A stretch of 64,000 nucleotides of DNA from Amphiscolops sp. MND2022 (lineage: Eukaryota). Where the stretch lies: positions 34,968,001-35,032,000 of the forward strand of contig OZ076417.1 of assembly GCA_964187785.1 (NCBI GenBank), given 5' to 3'. Below are positions 1-12,366 of the stretch, one piece after another. The stretch's first letter is position 1; each line of letters starts with the position of its first letter. The position numbers and the translations under genes are program-made. Under the pieces are notes generated by a model. It searched no databases. It had not been told where the DNA came from and saw only the letters and a program-made list of their open reading frames with translations.

Positions 1-835
1 TCCGAGTAACCAACTTCTTTGACTCCTGTGGTTATTTCTCCAATGTCGACAGGCAACATTTCTTGCAATATATTTTTGTTCCGTCGTTAGGGATAATCCT
101 GAATTCGCAAGGATTATCGCTTTTTCAAAGTTTTGATTCTTTGATATAGAGGAATGATCAAAACTCAGGTAGTATGAAAGTCCCGGGTATGAAACAAACA
201 AGTCGTCGAATAAGGCACGAGCATCCTTGAGGTCTATTCCAGATTCAGTTTGTAACGTTGAAGAGACATCCTCAAACTTTTGGAGTGAATCGAAAAGTTT
301 GCGTGTTTCAAAATCTTCGTCAGCACTTGGGAGAAAAAGAACCAGATCACCATCTGTGGTATCAATAAACGGTTTCAGCTCAATATATCGGCTAATCATA
401 TTGTAAGTTGAGGACCATCTTGTATCATTCTGTATAATTGGTCGTAAAGGTAAAGACTTGCGCAAAATTGCCGATTTTTTCAGCGTTCCAAGATTTTTCA
501 TGAGTTCATGAATTCGCTTTATGACTGCTTCCAGGACAGAAACAATTTTTTTACAGCTAAATTCAACCGATGACTGTAACAACCAAGAAAATTTACTTGT
601 TATTTTTTGCGATCGCGACATTGAGCGGTTCGTTGTCACCAACTATAAAAGAGGCACTACTTCGCGTTCGGCCGAAAATTTGTAAAACGTAATCAATATA
701 TGCAATATGGCTGTCGGCAGTAAGATCTTCGTCATTCAAAAGTGGCGAAAAACCCAAAAGAGAAAACTTTGACTTTCCAGGTTCTTGACGATTTTCGTAA
801 ACATCAAATATACCAATGTAATAGTTGAAAAATTA
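1..835 (-). pseudogene. hAT-family transposase remnant (copy 1, runs off window start)
   Basis: Minus strand gives YYIGIFDVY..LLGFSPLLNDEDLTADSH..FIVGDN, then after a frameshift ..QNDTRWSSTYNMISRY..KFEDVSSTLQ. These are hAT RNase-H-fold motifs. Near-identical to 60673-61510. Confidence 0.8.
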
Positions 836-923
836 GTTTGAACTAATAGTTCAAAATGTTACACTGCAATTAACAATTTCCCTTAACATTCATTTGGGTG
901 ACGAGTTTTCGTCTAAATGACAC

Positions 924-1165
924 TCAGCGCATCCTAAAGCCGAAGAAGGGGTCGATTCTTACGCTTCCACTGGGCCCGTTCCTTAAGACACAGTGCTTCC
1001 TGCAAAGGGGGCACGCAACTTCCAGTCTCGCCTGGGCCACCCCTCTGCGCTCGTTATCACAATCCTTCACCTCAATCCAACGATCGCGGCATCCCTCACA
1101 GAGGAAGTGTTGGTCGTGGAGGACACTTGTTCCAGTTTCGTGGCAGACCATGCACTGAGGTATTT
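924..1165 (-). CDS. RING-like zinc finger coding segment
   Basis: Extending the ORF upstream gives PQCMVC-x8-HDQHFLCEGC-x22-CPLCR, i.e. eight ligands in RING spacing with His at ligand 3. A GTAAGA donor-like site follows NGPSGS. Gene boundaries unknown. Confidence 0.55.
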
Positions 1166-1599
1166 TTTGATATGAGATAATGGTGAAATGAAAACTATAG
1201 GATGAAATTTGAAGGTAGGAAAAAAAGCAGAAATGGATTTTGGTTTCGAAGTTATGTTAGGCAGTATTGCAAATGAATGACTGGTTAAACCAGTAACCGA
1301 AACTTCTGCAAACATTGAAAGATTTCAACTAAAGGGAAAGTCACCTTTGCTCACGATCCCTTCGCGTTTTTTCAAACTTAAATTGGCTTTGATGCATTAC
1401 TTGCTTTCTTTACTGAACACGCAGACACATTAACAACCTTTTTCGAGCTAACAATTAATTAGAACCCTAATTACTGACAAGTGAGATCAACAATTTCTCT
1501 TTGTTCAGCTATTGCTATCGAACCGTGAATCAGAACCTCGCTGCTTCTCAGCCACTTCTTTATATTTCATTTGGGTCAACTTCAAATTGTAAGTATGAC

Positions 1600-2760
1600 T
1601 ATGTCCCCAATCATGACATGTAATAGCAACGAACTAAGAGGCAGGTATTTTGTCCTAACGAAAGATAACATGGGCAGTTTTTGTCTCTCTGACTTGTAAT
1701 AAACACAAAATTTGTCTCAAAAGTCCTAGTCACACAAAAACACAAAACAATTTTGCATGGAATTTTTTAGAAACGTGGCATATATCCATAACTGTCTTGT
1801 CATCAAAATCTGGCAGATTTTGCTGAACTGCCATTTTTTCCTAAACATTCAACGAATGAGCTTGTTCTTGAATGGTCCTAAAACGATTGTGGAGAGTAAG
1901 ACCATATCATTATACATGTGTCGTGGAAACCGCATACATATCTTAAACTGTGAGAAAACAACTACCAAATGGGATAGATAGATAGTACGTCAAGATTTAA
2001 AATCTAATATACCCTAATATTGTCAAAGAAAAATTGCTCAATTTTGGATGACGTTTTAAAATATTCTGGCATTTTTTATATCTGGCTTAATACTGAAATC
2101 TGGCAGATTTTGATGAACTGGTACATTTTCGATTGGTTAGCAATTTTAGAGGCTGGCTTTTGTCTCTCTGACTTCTAATAGCAACAAATTTTGGCTAAAA
2201 ATGCAATTCAAAAGTGAAATTAATCATGACTAATTTTGGTCCCAATCGTGAGTAATTTTTTTACTCACGATTGGGACCAAAATATCACAGAATCTTTTTT
2301 CATTTTAGTATACTGAGAGGCCTCCTTTTTGTCCTCACGAAAGATATTAGGGACAAATTTTAACTGTCTGACTTCTAATAACAACAAAATTTGGCTAAAA
2401 ATGCAATTCAAAAGTGAAATTAATCATGACTATTTTTGGTCCCAATCGTGAGTAATTTTTTTACTCACGATTGGGACCAAAATATCACAGAATCTTTTTT
2501 CATTTTAGTATACTGAAAGGCCTCCGTTTTGTCCTCACGAAAGATATTATGGACATATCGTCCCTCTGGCTTTTCATAGCAACGAAATTCGGCTAAAAAA
2601 GTAACTCAAAGGTGGATTTAATCATGAATAATTTTGGTCACAAATTGTCACAAAGTTTGATCCTGGTCTCACAAAATTATTGACTGATCTTGCATTGTTA
2701 CTATTTTTGAATAACATGGCAGTCATACAAAAAATCACTTGAGTTCAAAATTTGGCAAAC
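1600..2760 (+). repeat. R1 modular repeat array
   Basis: Core gtggaaagtaagaccatatcattatacatgtgtcgtggaaaccgcatacatatcttaaactg plus tandem ~200-bp modules containing the palindrome. Many copies elsewhere in the window. Confidence 0.9.
2234..2282. repeat. R1 palindrome, perfect 22-bp stem with 5-nt loop (representative copy)
   Basis: ttttggtcccaatcgtgagtaa-ttttt-ttactcacgattgggaccaaaa. Further copies near 2436, 7204, 14243, 26756, 58759, 63121, 63321. Confidence 0.95.
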
Positions 2761-3152
2761 TATGCTAAACTACCATTTGTTTGATTTGTTACACTTTATC
2801 ATGTTTTGATCCTCCAGTATGTCAGATGACTCTCATCCTTTTGTGGTAAGCTATATATAGTCCGCTAATTTGAAGATAACGCGTGAACAGTTTCTAACTA
2901 CACTTGCCAAAAGAAAACGCTACTCTCTCCTGATTCTGTGGTCAACCATAGTCCGTGAAAAGTCACGTTTAGTTCGTAATTTGCAATTTTGTGCTACCTA
3001 GTTGAGTAATTGCTCGTTTATTTATCATTTCTCGTTGGAACTTAGTTTGATTTTAATTCATTGTCACTTTTGCTACTTCATTGCTCTTTGTGCAAGGCTT
3101 TCGAGACATACTTATCCGAACTCTCTGTACTCAAGGTAAGGTTGCAAAGCAA

Positions 3153-3357
3153 GGATCTTTTCTGTTAATTCCCCCCCCCAACCAATTTAATTCCCCCCAG
3201 ATAAGCGGTCAAGTGAAATTATCATTGAATTAATAGTAACAACCAATCAAAATGCAGTATTTTATAACTCTAACTGCAACTGAAACTCATCGCTGATATT
3301 GGTGGGGAATTAAAATTTCCTCGCTTACTGTGGGGGGGGGATTAACAGAAAAAATGC
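3153..3357. mobile_element. ~205-bp MITE with ~22-bp imperfect TIRs and 8-bp TSD
   Basis: Left end ggatcttttctgttaattcccc, right end ggggattaacagaaaaaatgc(c). Flanked by caaagcaa at 3145-3152 and 3358-3365. A related end lies at ~8262-8285. G-starting TIRs with an 8-bp TSD suggest Merlin/MULE-type (inference). Confidence 0.8.
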
Positions 3358-3479
3358 CAAAGCAATATCATATAAAAGTTTAATCTAATTTCCAATAAAT
3401 GTTTTTCAATTTTGAGGACTTTGTATTGAGGGTAATCTGATACGTACTATGATTGTTGATACTACTTACAAAACTGTAG

Positions 3480-3835
3480 CTGAAAAACTGTTGAAAAACT
3501 ATATAGCCCAATACGGCAAAACAGATTAGAATGGACCCTGGAACAGTATTCACAAGTGAGGATTTTTAATCATTTTGTAGCCAGTTCCAAATTAAACACA
3601 TAACCTGCCCGGTACGCGATCACCGGGGAAATGGCAAATCGAGAGATTGATCCGAACGATTAACGAACGCCTAAGAACAAACAGAAACATTATCTTGAAA
3701 CGAAAAAAATCAAGCTTATCAGAAATCTTGTACGCGTTGCGAACGGGCCAAAAGGTGGACGGGAAAATCACCGTTCGAAAAATTATACGGACGGAAACCG
3801 AATACCGTAAAGAGCGATGTAGTCGAGCGAATAAA
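3480..3835 (+). pseudogene. Gypsy-type integrase core fragment
   Basis: IRMDPGTVFTSEDF*..IKHITCPVRDHRGNGK/IERLIRTINERLR carries the second D and the E of the DDE motif, with an in-frame stop and a frameshift. Confidence 0.8.
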
Positions 3836-5430
3836 AAATGTTTCACCATAATAAAAAGAAGCTCTTGCATGAATAATTAACAGCCTTCTCTTTACGTGAC
3901 ATGGGAGCCATATTTTCGTGACTAATATAATTTGAAACCAAGCAAATAGAAACGGATATGATCATAGACGTAACACTAAGCTCATTCGTTAAAGTAAACT
4001 AGTCAAAAAACTGGAAAAACTGAAGTTTAAAGGAATCTGCCAGATATTGATGACAAACCAGATTTTTTTAAATGCCAGAAATTTCTTAAACGTCATTCAA
4101 AAATGAGCAATATTTGCATGACACTACAACGGTATTTTAAAACTTCATTATTGACGTACCCCCTTTGGTAGTTGTTTTCTTACAGTTTAAGATATGTATG
4201 CGGTTTCCAAGACACATGTATAAACATATGTTCTTACTTTCCATAGTTGTTTTCATGGCCATCGAACAGTGGATGCTATTTTGGTGGAAACCAAGACAAT
4301 ATGCTTAAAGTGGTGGAAACCAGGACAATACAGTCAGATTTAAATATTGACATACTGCCTCCTTTAGTAGTTGTTTTCTTACAGTTTAAGATATGTATGC
4401 GGTTTCCACGACACTTGTATAATGATATGGTCTTACTTTCCATAGTTGTTTTCATGGCCATCGAACAGTGAACGCTGTTTTGGTGGAAACCAGGACAATA
4501 CAGTCAGAATTAAACCTTATTTCCCCTGCGGTCGCTTGGGGAGGGGGCATTTTGCGCAATTATTGACAAAATACAATTACCTTTGAAAAAGACGGCATGG
4601 TAAAAGCCATTTTTAATCAAGTAATTAGAACCAAACACTTTAATAAAGGTTTATTCTGACATCAAAGCAGTATTTCAACCAATAAGGGTTAACCAAAAAG
4701 TTTGGCTTTCAATTACATTTCTTCCATTGTTGCCAAACAAACTCAAACGATCCAGTCTCTATTCTTTTTGTCATCATTCAGTCTCTCTCCTCCTTCTGTT
4801 CTCATTCTGCCATCAATCAGTCTCTCTTACCAGGTCATCTGTACTCGGTCTCTCCGCAAACCCTCTTCTGCACCCAGTCTCTCTCCACAAATCATACATC
4901 TGTACTCATTTTCGCTTCTTGCTTCAATGGATAAACTCATCTCACAAAACGGCGAAAACGCAGGTATTAAGTTACATGGAAAGTCGCATACCCCACGCAA
5001 AGTTGGGTTTTGCTACTACTGCCAAGTGTTCTACCCCAACGGGAAAACAAAGTACGAAGTTACACAAAAAAAAACATGTACGATGAAGAGATCATTTTCG
5101 ATGAGACCGGACAATAATCTTCATGTTAGGCCTTTTAGGGTTCAACTCTAAACACAACCAGTACCCCTCAAATCAAATCCAGTACAGCAGAAACCCAAAG
5201 AAGATATTATAAACCCTCTCGAGCCACTCTTTCACTACTGTTTCAACAGAAGAAACTTATTGATTTGTTGATTTGTTCTTTTGATATATGATTTTGTATT
5301 TAGATGATCAATAGGTTTTATTCATATACAGTCATGTTCGGTACAAAGCTCTAAATCATTTGAGTTACCGTAGAGAGAAACGCGCAGAGAGAGGAAAATG
5401 AATATTATATTCCACAAATTTTCGTATTTT
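3835..5430 (-). repeat. Left inverted-repeat arm (R1 modules + ~870-bp unique segment)
   Basis: ~4090-5430 is the reverse complement of ~27590-28720 (paralogous ORFs 4702..5151+ and 27854..28309-). 3835-4020 is the reverse complement of ~20050-20250. Confidence 0.85.
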
Positions 5431-5640
5431 TTGAAGTTTCGAAGTTTTTCCCAGTTTTGAACAAACTGCCAGATCATCACAATCTGCCTTTTTGATGACA
5501 TGCTGCACTTTTGGTCATGGGTATCTCTATTCGTACTTTGGGATTTTTCGCGTCAATAAAAACAATTTCAATTGATAAAAAATTGTTTTAGTTCAAGTTC
5601 TTTTGCCTTTCTGAAAATGATCATGCAAATTGAATATAAT
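5430..5640 (+). repeat. Single unit of the ~232-bp satellite
   Basis: ccagttttgaacaaactgccagatcatcacaatctgcc matches the tandem units at 56790-57460. Confidence 0.75.
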
Positions 5641-5723
5641 TAAAATTATTAGAAAACGCCAAACAAAAAAATCATAAGTTTCCTGACGGGCAAGACAGAA
5701 AACTGAGATTTAAACCTTGAGAT

Positions 5724-6890
5724 TGTTATAGTCGAGCGCAAGGCGAAATAAGAAGAAATAGAAGAATGAAGTTAAGAATGAATTACGAATTGAATCTCGA
5801 TTCCAAGGCAACAGCAACTAAACTTTATGTTATGTATTTCATTCTAGCACTTGTTTACAGATGTTTGTAAATACTAGCATTTATTCACTTCTTTAGTACT
5901 TGCTCTTTTTGACACTCTATCACACTCTCCGTTTTATTGTAACACCTGGAGGTAGTTAGGTACATGTTAATAAATACTTGTAAGTTTCAATGTATTCATG
6001 GATTTTTACATGACTGAATTAGAGGAATACAGCTCGAAGGCTTTTAATGTTTATGTATTGCTAGGCCAAACAAATACACTATGACCACAAATAGAAGTTG
6101 TTTTTAGGGGGTATCTCCGCCTTTTGCTGAGGCGTTTTTTCATCTTCAACGCTCATGATGACATCCCGTATCGCTCTGTTAGTCGTCTGCGGCGAGTTTC
6201 TTTTTCCGGAGGTGTCCTAGAGAGTGAAGCCTTTACAGCCTTCTTCTTTTTCCCGGGATTCGTTGCTTGCTTTTCAGCCTTCTCTTGTTCAGGCATCGCA
6301 TCATCCTGGTTGTCCATCACTTCCTGAGGGGCTGTCATTTCCTGACGTACTGCCATTTCTTGAGGAACTGCCGTTTCCTTGGTGCTCGTCTCCACTGCCT
6401 CTGGCGTCACTTCTTCAGTTCCTCCTTCTTCGTATTGCTCCATTGATTTGCTGTTCTCAGTATTCTCGGTTTCTGTTGTTGTTGTTGTTGAGGCGTAAGT
6501 TGGAATGTACGTGTCGTCTTCCGACGATTCTTCCATTTCTTCCCATCTCGTAGAGGGGCCTGCCTCTTCTTCGTCCCTTTTTTGTTTCGAGCCTGTGCTG
6601 CTCTTCTTTCCCGAATGTGGTTTGGCCACGTCTCTTTTGGAATCAACCGTCTCCTTGTTCCTTTTCATTGGTAAGAAGGTTATGGTATGTAGTCTCTTTT
6701 ATAACCTTCCTGGACTTCTTTTTAACTTTTCCTTCTAACATGGATCCTCTAGTTCTCTCTCTGACGAGGATAGTCGAGTCGATCTCGTCTTCGAAATCCG
6801 ACGCATTGAACGTTACGCCTTGGTCTACTTCTGAAACACTTTTAAATTTGTCTACGATATTACTTTTTACCGTGTTAGGTTTTCGGCCGT
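5724..6890 (-). mobile_element. 3' end of a Gypsy-type LTR retrotransposon (integrase C-terminal tail, PPT, 3' LTR)
   Basis: EIDSTILVRERTRGSMLEG (6643..6909) is paralogous to VDSTVLIRERTRGSKLEG at 29955. Acidic tail ORF 6153..6668. Minus-strand purine tract aaaacggagag (5935-5925) abuts a TG..CA-bounded segment 5724-5924. Confidence 0.75.
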
Positions 6891-7790
6891 TTAAACTGTA
6901 AGAAAACAACTACCAAAGAGGGTAGTACGTCAAAATTGTAAAATCTAATATATCTTAATTTTGTCAAGGGAAATTTGTTCAACTTTCAATGACGTTTTAG
7001 AATATTCTGACATTCATATATATCTGGCTTAATATTGAAATCTGGCCGATTTTGATGAAAAGGTATATTTTCGAATGATTGGCAATTTTAGAGGCCGGCT
7101 TTTGTTTGCTCGAAAGGTATTATGGACATATTTTGTCTCTGACTTCTAAGAGCAACAAATTTTGGCTAAAATGCAATTAAAAAGTGAAACTAATTATGAC
7201 TAATTTTGGTCACAATCGTGAGTACTTTTTTACTCACGATTGGGACCAAAATATCACAGAATCTTTTTTCATTTTAGTATACTGAAAGGCCTCCTTTTTG
7301 TCCTCACGAAAGATTTTAGGAAAATATTTAACTCTGTATTCTATTAACAACGAAATTTGGCTAAAGAAGTTCTAGTCGCACGAAAACACTGAAAACATTA
7401 GCAACGAATATTTGTCTCTTTGACTTGTAATAAACACGAAATTCGTCTCAAAAGTCCTAGTCTCACGAAAACACTGATCAATCTTGCATGGCATTTTATG
7501 AAAACGTGGCATTTATTTAAAACTGTCTTGTCGTCAAAATATGGCAAATGTTTATCAACTGCCATTTTTCCATAAACATTCAACGGATGAGTTCGTTCTT
7601 GGATGGTCCTAAAACGACTGTGGAAAGTAAGACGATATCTTTATACATGTGTCGTGGAAACCACATACGTATCCTAAACTGTTAGAAAACAACTACAAAA
7701 GGTAGTACGTCGATATGTAAGTTTTAATATACCGTTTTAGTGTCATGGAAGTATTGCTCAATTTCGAATGACATTTTAGAATATTCTGAC
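6885..7790 (+). repeat. R1 array
   Basis: R1 core at ~6897 and ~7620, palindrome at ~7204. Abuts the ATG at 7791. Confidence 0.9.
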
Positions 7791-10700
7791 ATGTCTGATC
7801 GGGCTTGCTCATCGCAGTCACAAGAAGTGACCTGTGAGAAATGTGGGCAATTGTTGCCGAACAATAAAAGCAAGAACGAAGCACCGTCATACAAGAAGTA
7901 CAGAAAAAGCCCGACCAACCTAATTTCTTGTACCAATGGCACCTGTGATTATGTCACTGATCGGTTGTTCAGCCTCCAGCGTCATGAGAAGCAGTGTCCA
8001 GGGATGCCCTATGAGGACTGGAAGAAAAACGAAGTGACATGTGAGAATTGTGGACAGTTATTCACTAATAAGAAAAGTCGGATGCGTCATCAAAAGAACG
8101 CTAAATACTGTGTCAAGCAGAAAGCCAAGATTGATGCCGGCATAGAAGTGTCCATGTACAAATATCGTAAGTTATTTAACATTACTGAAGTCATTGAGTT
8201 TTTCGCTCGAATACTTATGATCTGGAAAATTAAAAAGGACCGTGTGTGGGCGGGGGTTTGGGAGGGGGATTAACAAAAAAGATCCATATCAAAATGCTTA
8301 CACATCTTTGTGTTTACACATGATGTTTTCCAGCAGCTGCAAAAGGTCGTCATAAAAGTCCTCATAATTGTCTGAGTTGTGGCAAGTTGTTCGCGTACCA
8401 GTACGTACTCCGGAATCACGTCGCAAGATCACTATCTTGCCAAGTAGCCCTAGCTCCAATTCCTGTTGATGTCACTTTCTCAGAGTATCCCCTATCTCCT
8501 TTTGGTACCACAGGGTACTTCGAATTTTGCGAGAGAATTCCTCTGGAATGTGGGTTTTCTTTCGACGAGTGGCAGGGTCCTCAGGAGAATCCAAGTGTGC
8601 ACTTAGGCTCTCTGTTGCAACACGGCATACCTCTGCTTTGGAAAGGTGGTGCAAATCACTGTCCCGGTATAAAGCTTCCCAAAGTTGACAGGAGTGCGCA
8701 TTTTCCCAGTGAAGTCCAGCAACTCCTGATGGCATCAAATTTGACTGATCCGGAGCAACAACTAGATGTGAAATCGGCAAAGATTGGCACTGTAAGCTTT
8801 TCATTATCTTTTCGCAAAAATACTGTTTCTTTTTAAAAGCCAAATTGTCTCGATTATTGGATTCATGTAGTGTTTTATCTATCATTATTTTCATCTTTCA
8901 CCATGATTATTATTTCACAAAAAATATTCATTACCTCTCTCCAATAAAACGATATGAATACTTCCTAGTTTCAGACGCAATCTCTATCCATACCGGAGTT
9001 CGTGGATGCTTTGAATTCATGTGGCCCCGATGACGTGAATTATCCATTGAATGTTATCGATATCAGGATTAAGCCAAAAGTGAGTTGGGAAACTTGATGA
9101 AAGAATAACCTCTTTTTTCAACTATTTTCATTTTTTTCAAATTAAGTTTTTGTGTTTAAGAAGCTGTACACAGTCCCAAAGATGGTAAGAGACAATTCCA
9201 TTGGGCACCTGGTTGAAAAACTCATTGGGAAGAATAGTCTCGAGCCTTATTCATGTGCCACTTCATATTATCTGCTGATTACGCAGGACTCAGCGCACAC
9301 AACTTGGCACCAAGACTTTTCAGCAACTTCTGTTTGCTATACTGTTCTTCGTGGCGAGAAAAGTTTTTTCTTGGTCAAGCCAACAAAAAAGAATATGGCA
9401 ATATTCGAGAAATGGTCAGATGCAGAAAATGACCAAACGTAAGATTTTTTTATTGAAACTAACGAAGAGTTTATAAAATTTACAAGAGTTTATTATAAAA
9501 TTAAAAATCAATTCTTTTGAACGAAACAATGGACACCTATAACTACAGAAACAGTGCATAAAAACTATTTTTGATTTATTTTGATGTTTTAGGCCCACAT
9601 TCTTCGGTGCGATCAATGAACTGGAAGAAGGATGCCTCCGACTCACTGTTACACCCAGTGACATTCTAGTTATGCCTGCCAACTACCTTCATTTTGTCCT
9701 CACGAAAGGTATTATGGTCTTCTTTAGTCTCTTTGAGTTATGAAAGATGTGTCAGTCGGTCTTTTTTGTAAATCGCTTTTACGTACACTTGACTAATTCT
9801 AAACGATTTTAGCTGACGATCACTTTCTAGTGTTTGATTCATTTTTTGTAACTTTGGCGTTTTTTCTGGTTATGGCACGATGCATAACTTTGCCACAACT
9901 TCATTCTTTCTTTTTCACTCGGCAGTGACAATACTCGTTTGCATGTTTTCCGCGTTCAATTTACACTTTCTCGCGATTTGATTGGTCCGTTTTTTCTCGC
10001 CAATACCGTCCGTTTAATCCGTTTGTTAACTTGTCTTCTACATTTACGGTGAACCAATCTTTGAATAATTCCTCAGATTGAATGATTGATCCTTTACATT
10101 AGGAAGGATGCCTTGACAAATAGTCAGCTATTCCCAGAGTTCTCCCCGGTGTTTGTACAATATGAAAATTGTACGGCAAAAGCCGATCTAATTTACATAA
10201 TTTACATGTCTACCACAACAGCTAATAATTATAATTAGTTTATGGAATAGTTCATTCCGAAATCTGTTAAAAATCGAGATGCGTACGAAATTGTTTTCCA
10301 GATATCATTTTCACACTGTTGGAGGACCGCGCCCAGTCCATTTTTGCTAGCGTTTGATAAACTGCCATTTTCTTAGATTGACATACAACGAATGAGCTCA
10401 TTCTTGAATGGTCCTAAAACAACTGTGGAAAGTAAGACCATATCATTATACATGTGTCGTGGAAACCGCTTACATATCTTTAACTGTAAGAAGACAACTA
10501 CTAAAGGGGGATGGATGGTTGTACGTCAAATTTTAAGTTTTAATGTACCGTTCTGGTGTCATGGAAATATTTTTCAATTTCGAATGGCATTTTGAAATAA
10601 TCTGGCATTTATTAATATCTGGTTAATCATTGAAATCTGGCAGAGTCCGTTAAAGTCTGACTTGCAATAACAAAAACATTGACTCAAAACTAATTTATAA

Positions 10701-11468
10701 GTGGAAATAATCATGAATAATTTTTGTCCCAATCGTGAGTAATATTTTTACTCACGATTGAAAACAAAAAATAATTTCATGTATTTCCTCAATCAAATCA
10801 ATACAGGTGACTCAATTGCAGTGGGGACCAATTTTTTGGCCCTTAGACACATCCCTATGATACGGGAAATGATGATCCTTGACCATTCGAGGACTTACGC
10901 GGATGTCAAGTTCCCTGATCTTCCCGAGCTGCTGGCATTGCTTCTTCTCACTGCAACAGAAAAAATTCAGAGAGCTTGTCCTTTCAAGTTTCGTTTATTC
11001 GACGCAGTGAAAACAATTGTTAATGAAAAGGCCGTCCAAGAGGTTTTTACAATTTGATAGGAAAAACTGTTCATTTTAAATTTCTAGTGTTTCACTCATT
11101 CAACCTATTTTCTTTTTAATTTGCAGATTCAACCACAGTTTTGCATGAACAAGTTGCGATTGCTTCTGGGCAGGAAACAACCGACCGGAACCCTCCAAGA
11201 TGCCGCAATCTCCAAAAAATATCTGGCAAGCGTCAGCATTAAATGCCCCGGTGACTCATACGCAACCATCCCCGATTACATTAACAATGTAGATGTTTTG
11301 AGTGAGTCGCGTGAGACCCGTGTTTCGACAGTTGAACTGCTGAGGGAGAATTCGCAAACTCCAAAATTTTGCGAAAACAAATTTCGACCTCATGCACTAC
11401 CGATAGTGGCTTCACTAAAAGGCATTAGAACTATCCCTAAAGAGGATGAACTCTTTGATATATGTTGA
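7791..11468 (+). CDS. C2H2 zinc-finger + JmjC histone demethylase-like protein (KDM2/KDM7-PHF8-like), 7 exons, ~636 aa
   Basis: Exons 7791-8166, 8334-8791, 8975-9079, 9161-9438, 9593-9708, 10807-11042, 11127-11468 have GT-AG ends, consistent phases and total 1911 nt without stops. Fingers: CTNGTC..RHEKQC, CENCGQLF..RHQ, CLSCGKLF..RNH. JmjC motifs: PLNVIDI, YYLLITQDSAHTTWHQDFSATSVCYTVLRGEKSFFLV, LVMPANYLHFVLT, GDSIAVGTNFL. The HxD..H Fe(II) triad and the 2-oxoglutarate Lys are present. True start uncertain because R1 abuts the ATG. Confidence 0.85.
9780..10330 (+). repeat. R2 dispersed repeat (intronic)
   Basis: gatttgattgg..gatgccttga..aatagtc..attcccag..gtttgtac is shared with 18560-19110. 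10190-10310 is the reverse complement of ~28835-28960. Confidence 0.7.
10360..10765 (+). repeat. R1 copy inside JmjC intron 5
   Basis: R1 core at ~10425 and a degenerate palindrome at ~10725-10760. Confidence 0.85.
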
Positions 11469-12366
11469 CTGTTTTTATTCACCTTTATTCTATTTATTTT
11501 CAAATTTGTCATTTAACAGAGTTTCTAGTTTTTTTTATATTTTGAAAGTTTAAATATAAGAAAGCGCAAATTAGAAAACGAAATGTGAATCCATTGAATT
11601 CACAAATTACCACATTTTCATTTCTGAATGGGACAAAAATAAGAAACGAGCAATCTGTTACTGTTGACGTTCAATCTTATTCTGTCTGAATGAGAAAAAT
11701 TGGCAAATGTATCTTTATTGGCAAAACTCAACGGAATGGGAAAAACTGAAATACTAAAATTCTCATACTATTTACTTGGTAAATATGTACTAGGAACAGT
11801 TTTTTCGGCACTTTACTTCTACTTTTTGGCGCCGTTTGTGTCACGAAATTCCCATTTTTGGCATTTTTCGACAACTTCGCAAAAAACAAGTAACAAGTCA
11901 TAAATTTGCAATTGAAAATCACAAATTCACATTGTTTTTTACAAAAAAAACTTGTTCAGAGTGTTTTTCGTCATGTTAGGCCGATCAGCCTCGAATGCAT
12001 TCAGGATAGAAAGAAACTAAAAAGATTGTCATTCACCACATGGTCTCAATACAATTTACAGTTGCTATCGAACTATCATTGTTTTCAACGTTAGTCAAGC
12101 TCTAGCTATAACAACCTCACAAAGGCGTAAATATCTATCTGCGAAGGGTCTGAAATACTTTTAACACAAACTTGTGGGAAAAACAGTAACACGCTAAACA
12201 ACCCGCCTAAAGATTCAAAAGAAGTTGAGCAGAAGATTTCAATTGGGGATAGCACAAAATACAGTAAACAACACATTCTTTGAGTCACATTTTCTTTACT
12301 CTATAACACACTATGAAATCGAGTTTGTAGAGGTACAGGACGTTGAGTTTGTCATAAAATTTTCAT

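Noticed and set aside
4702-5151. ORFs in the inverted arms (also 27854..28309) with CYYC
   Set aside because: The two copies differ by frameshifts, the N-terminal half is low-complexity ct-rich, and no domain is recognisable.
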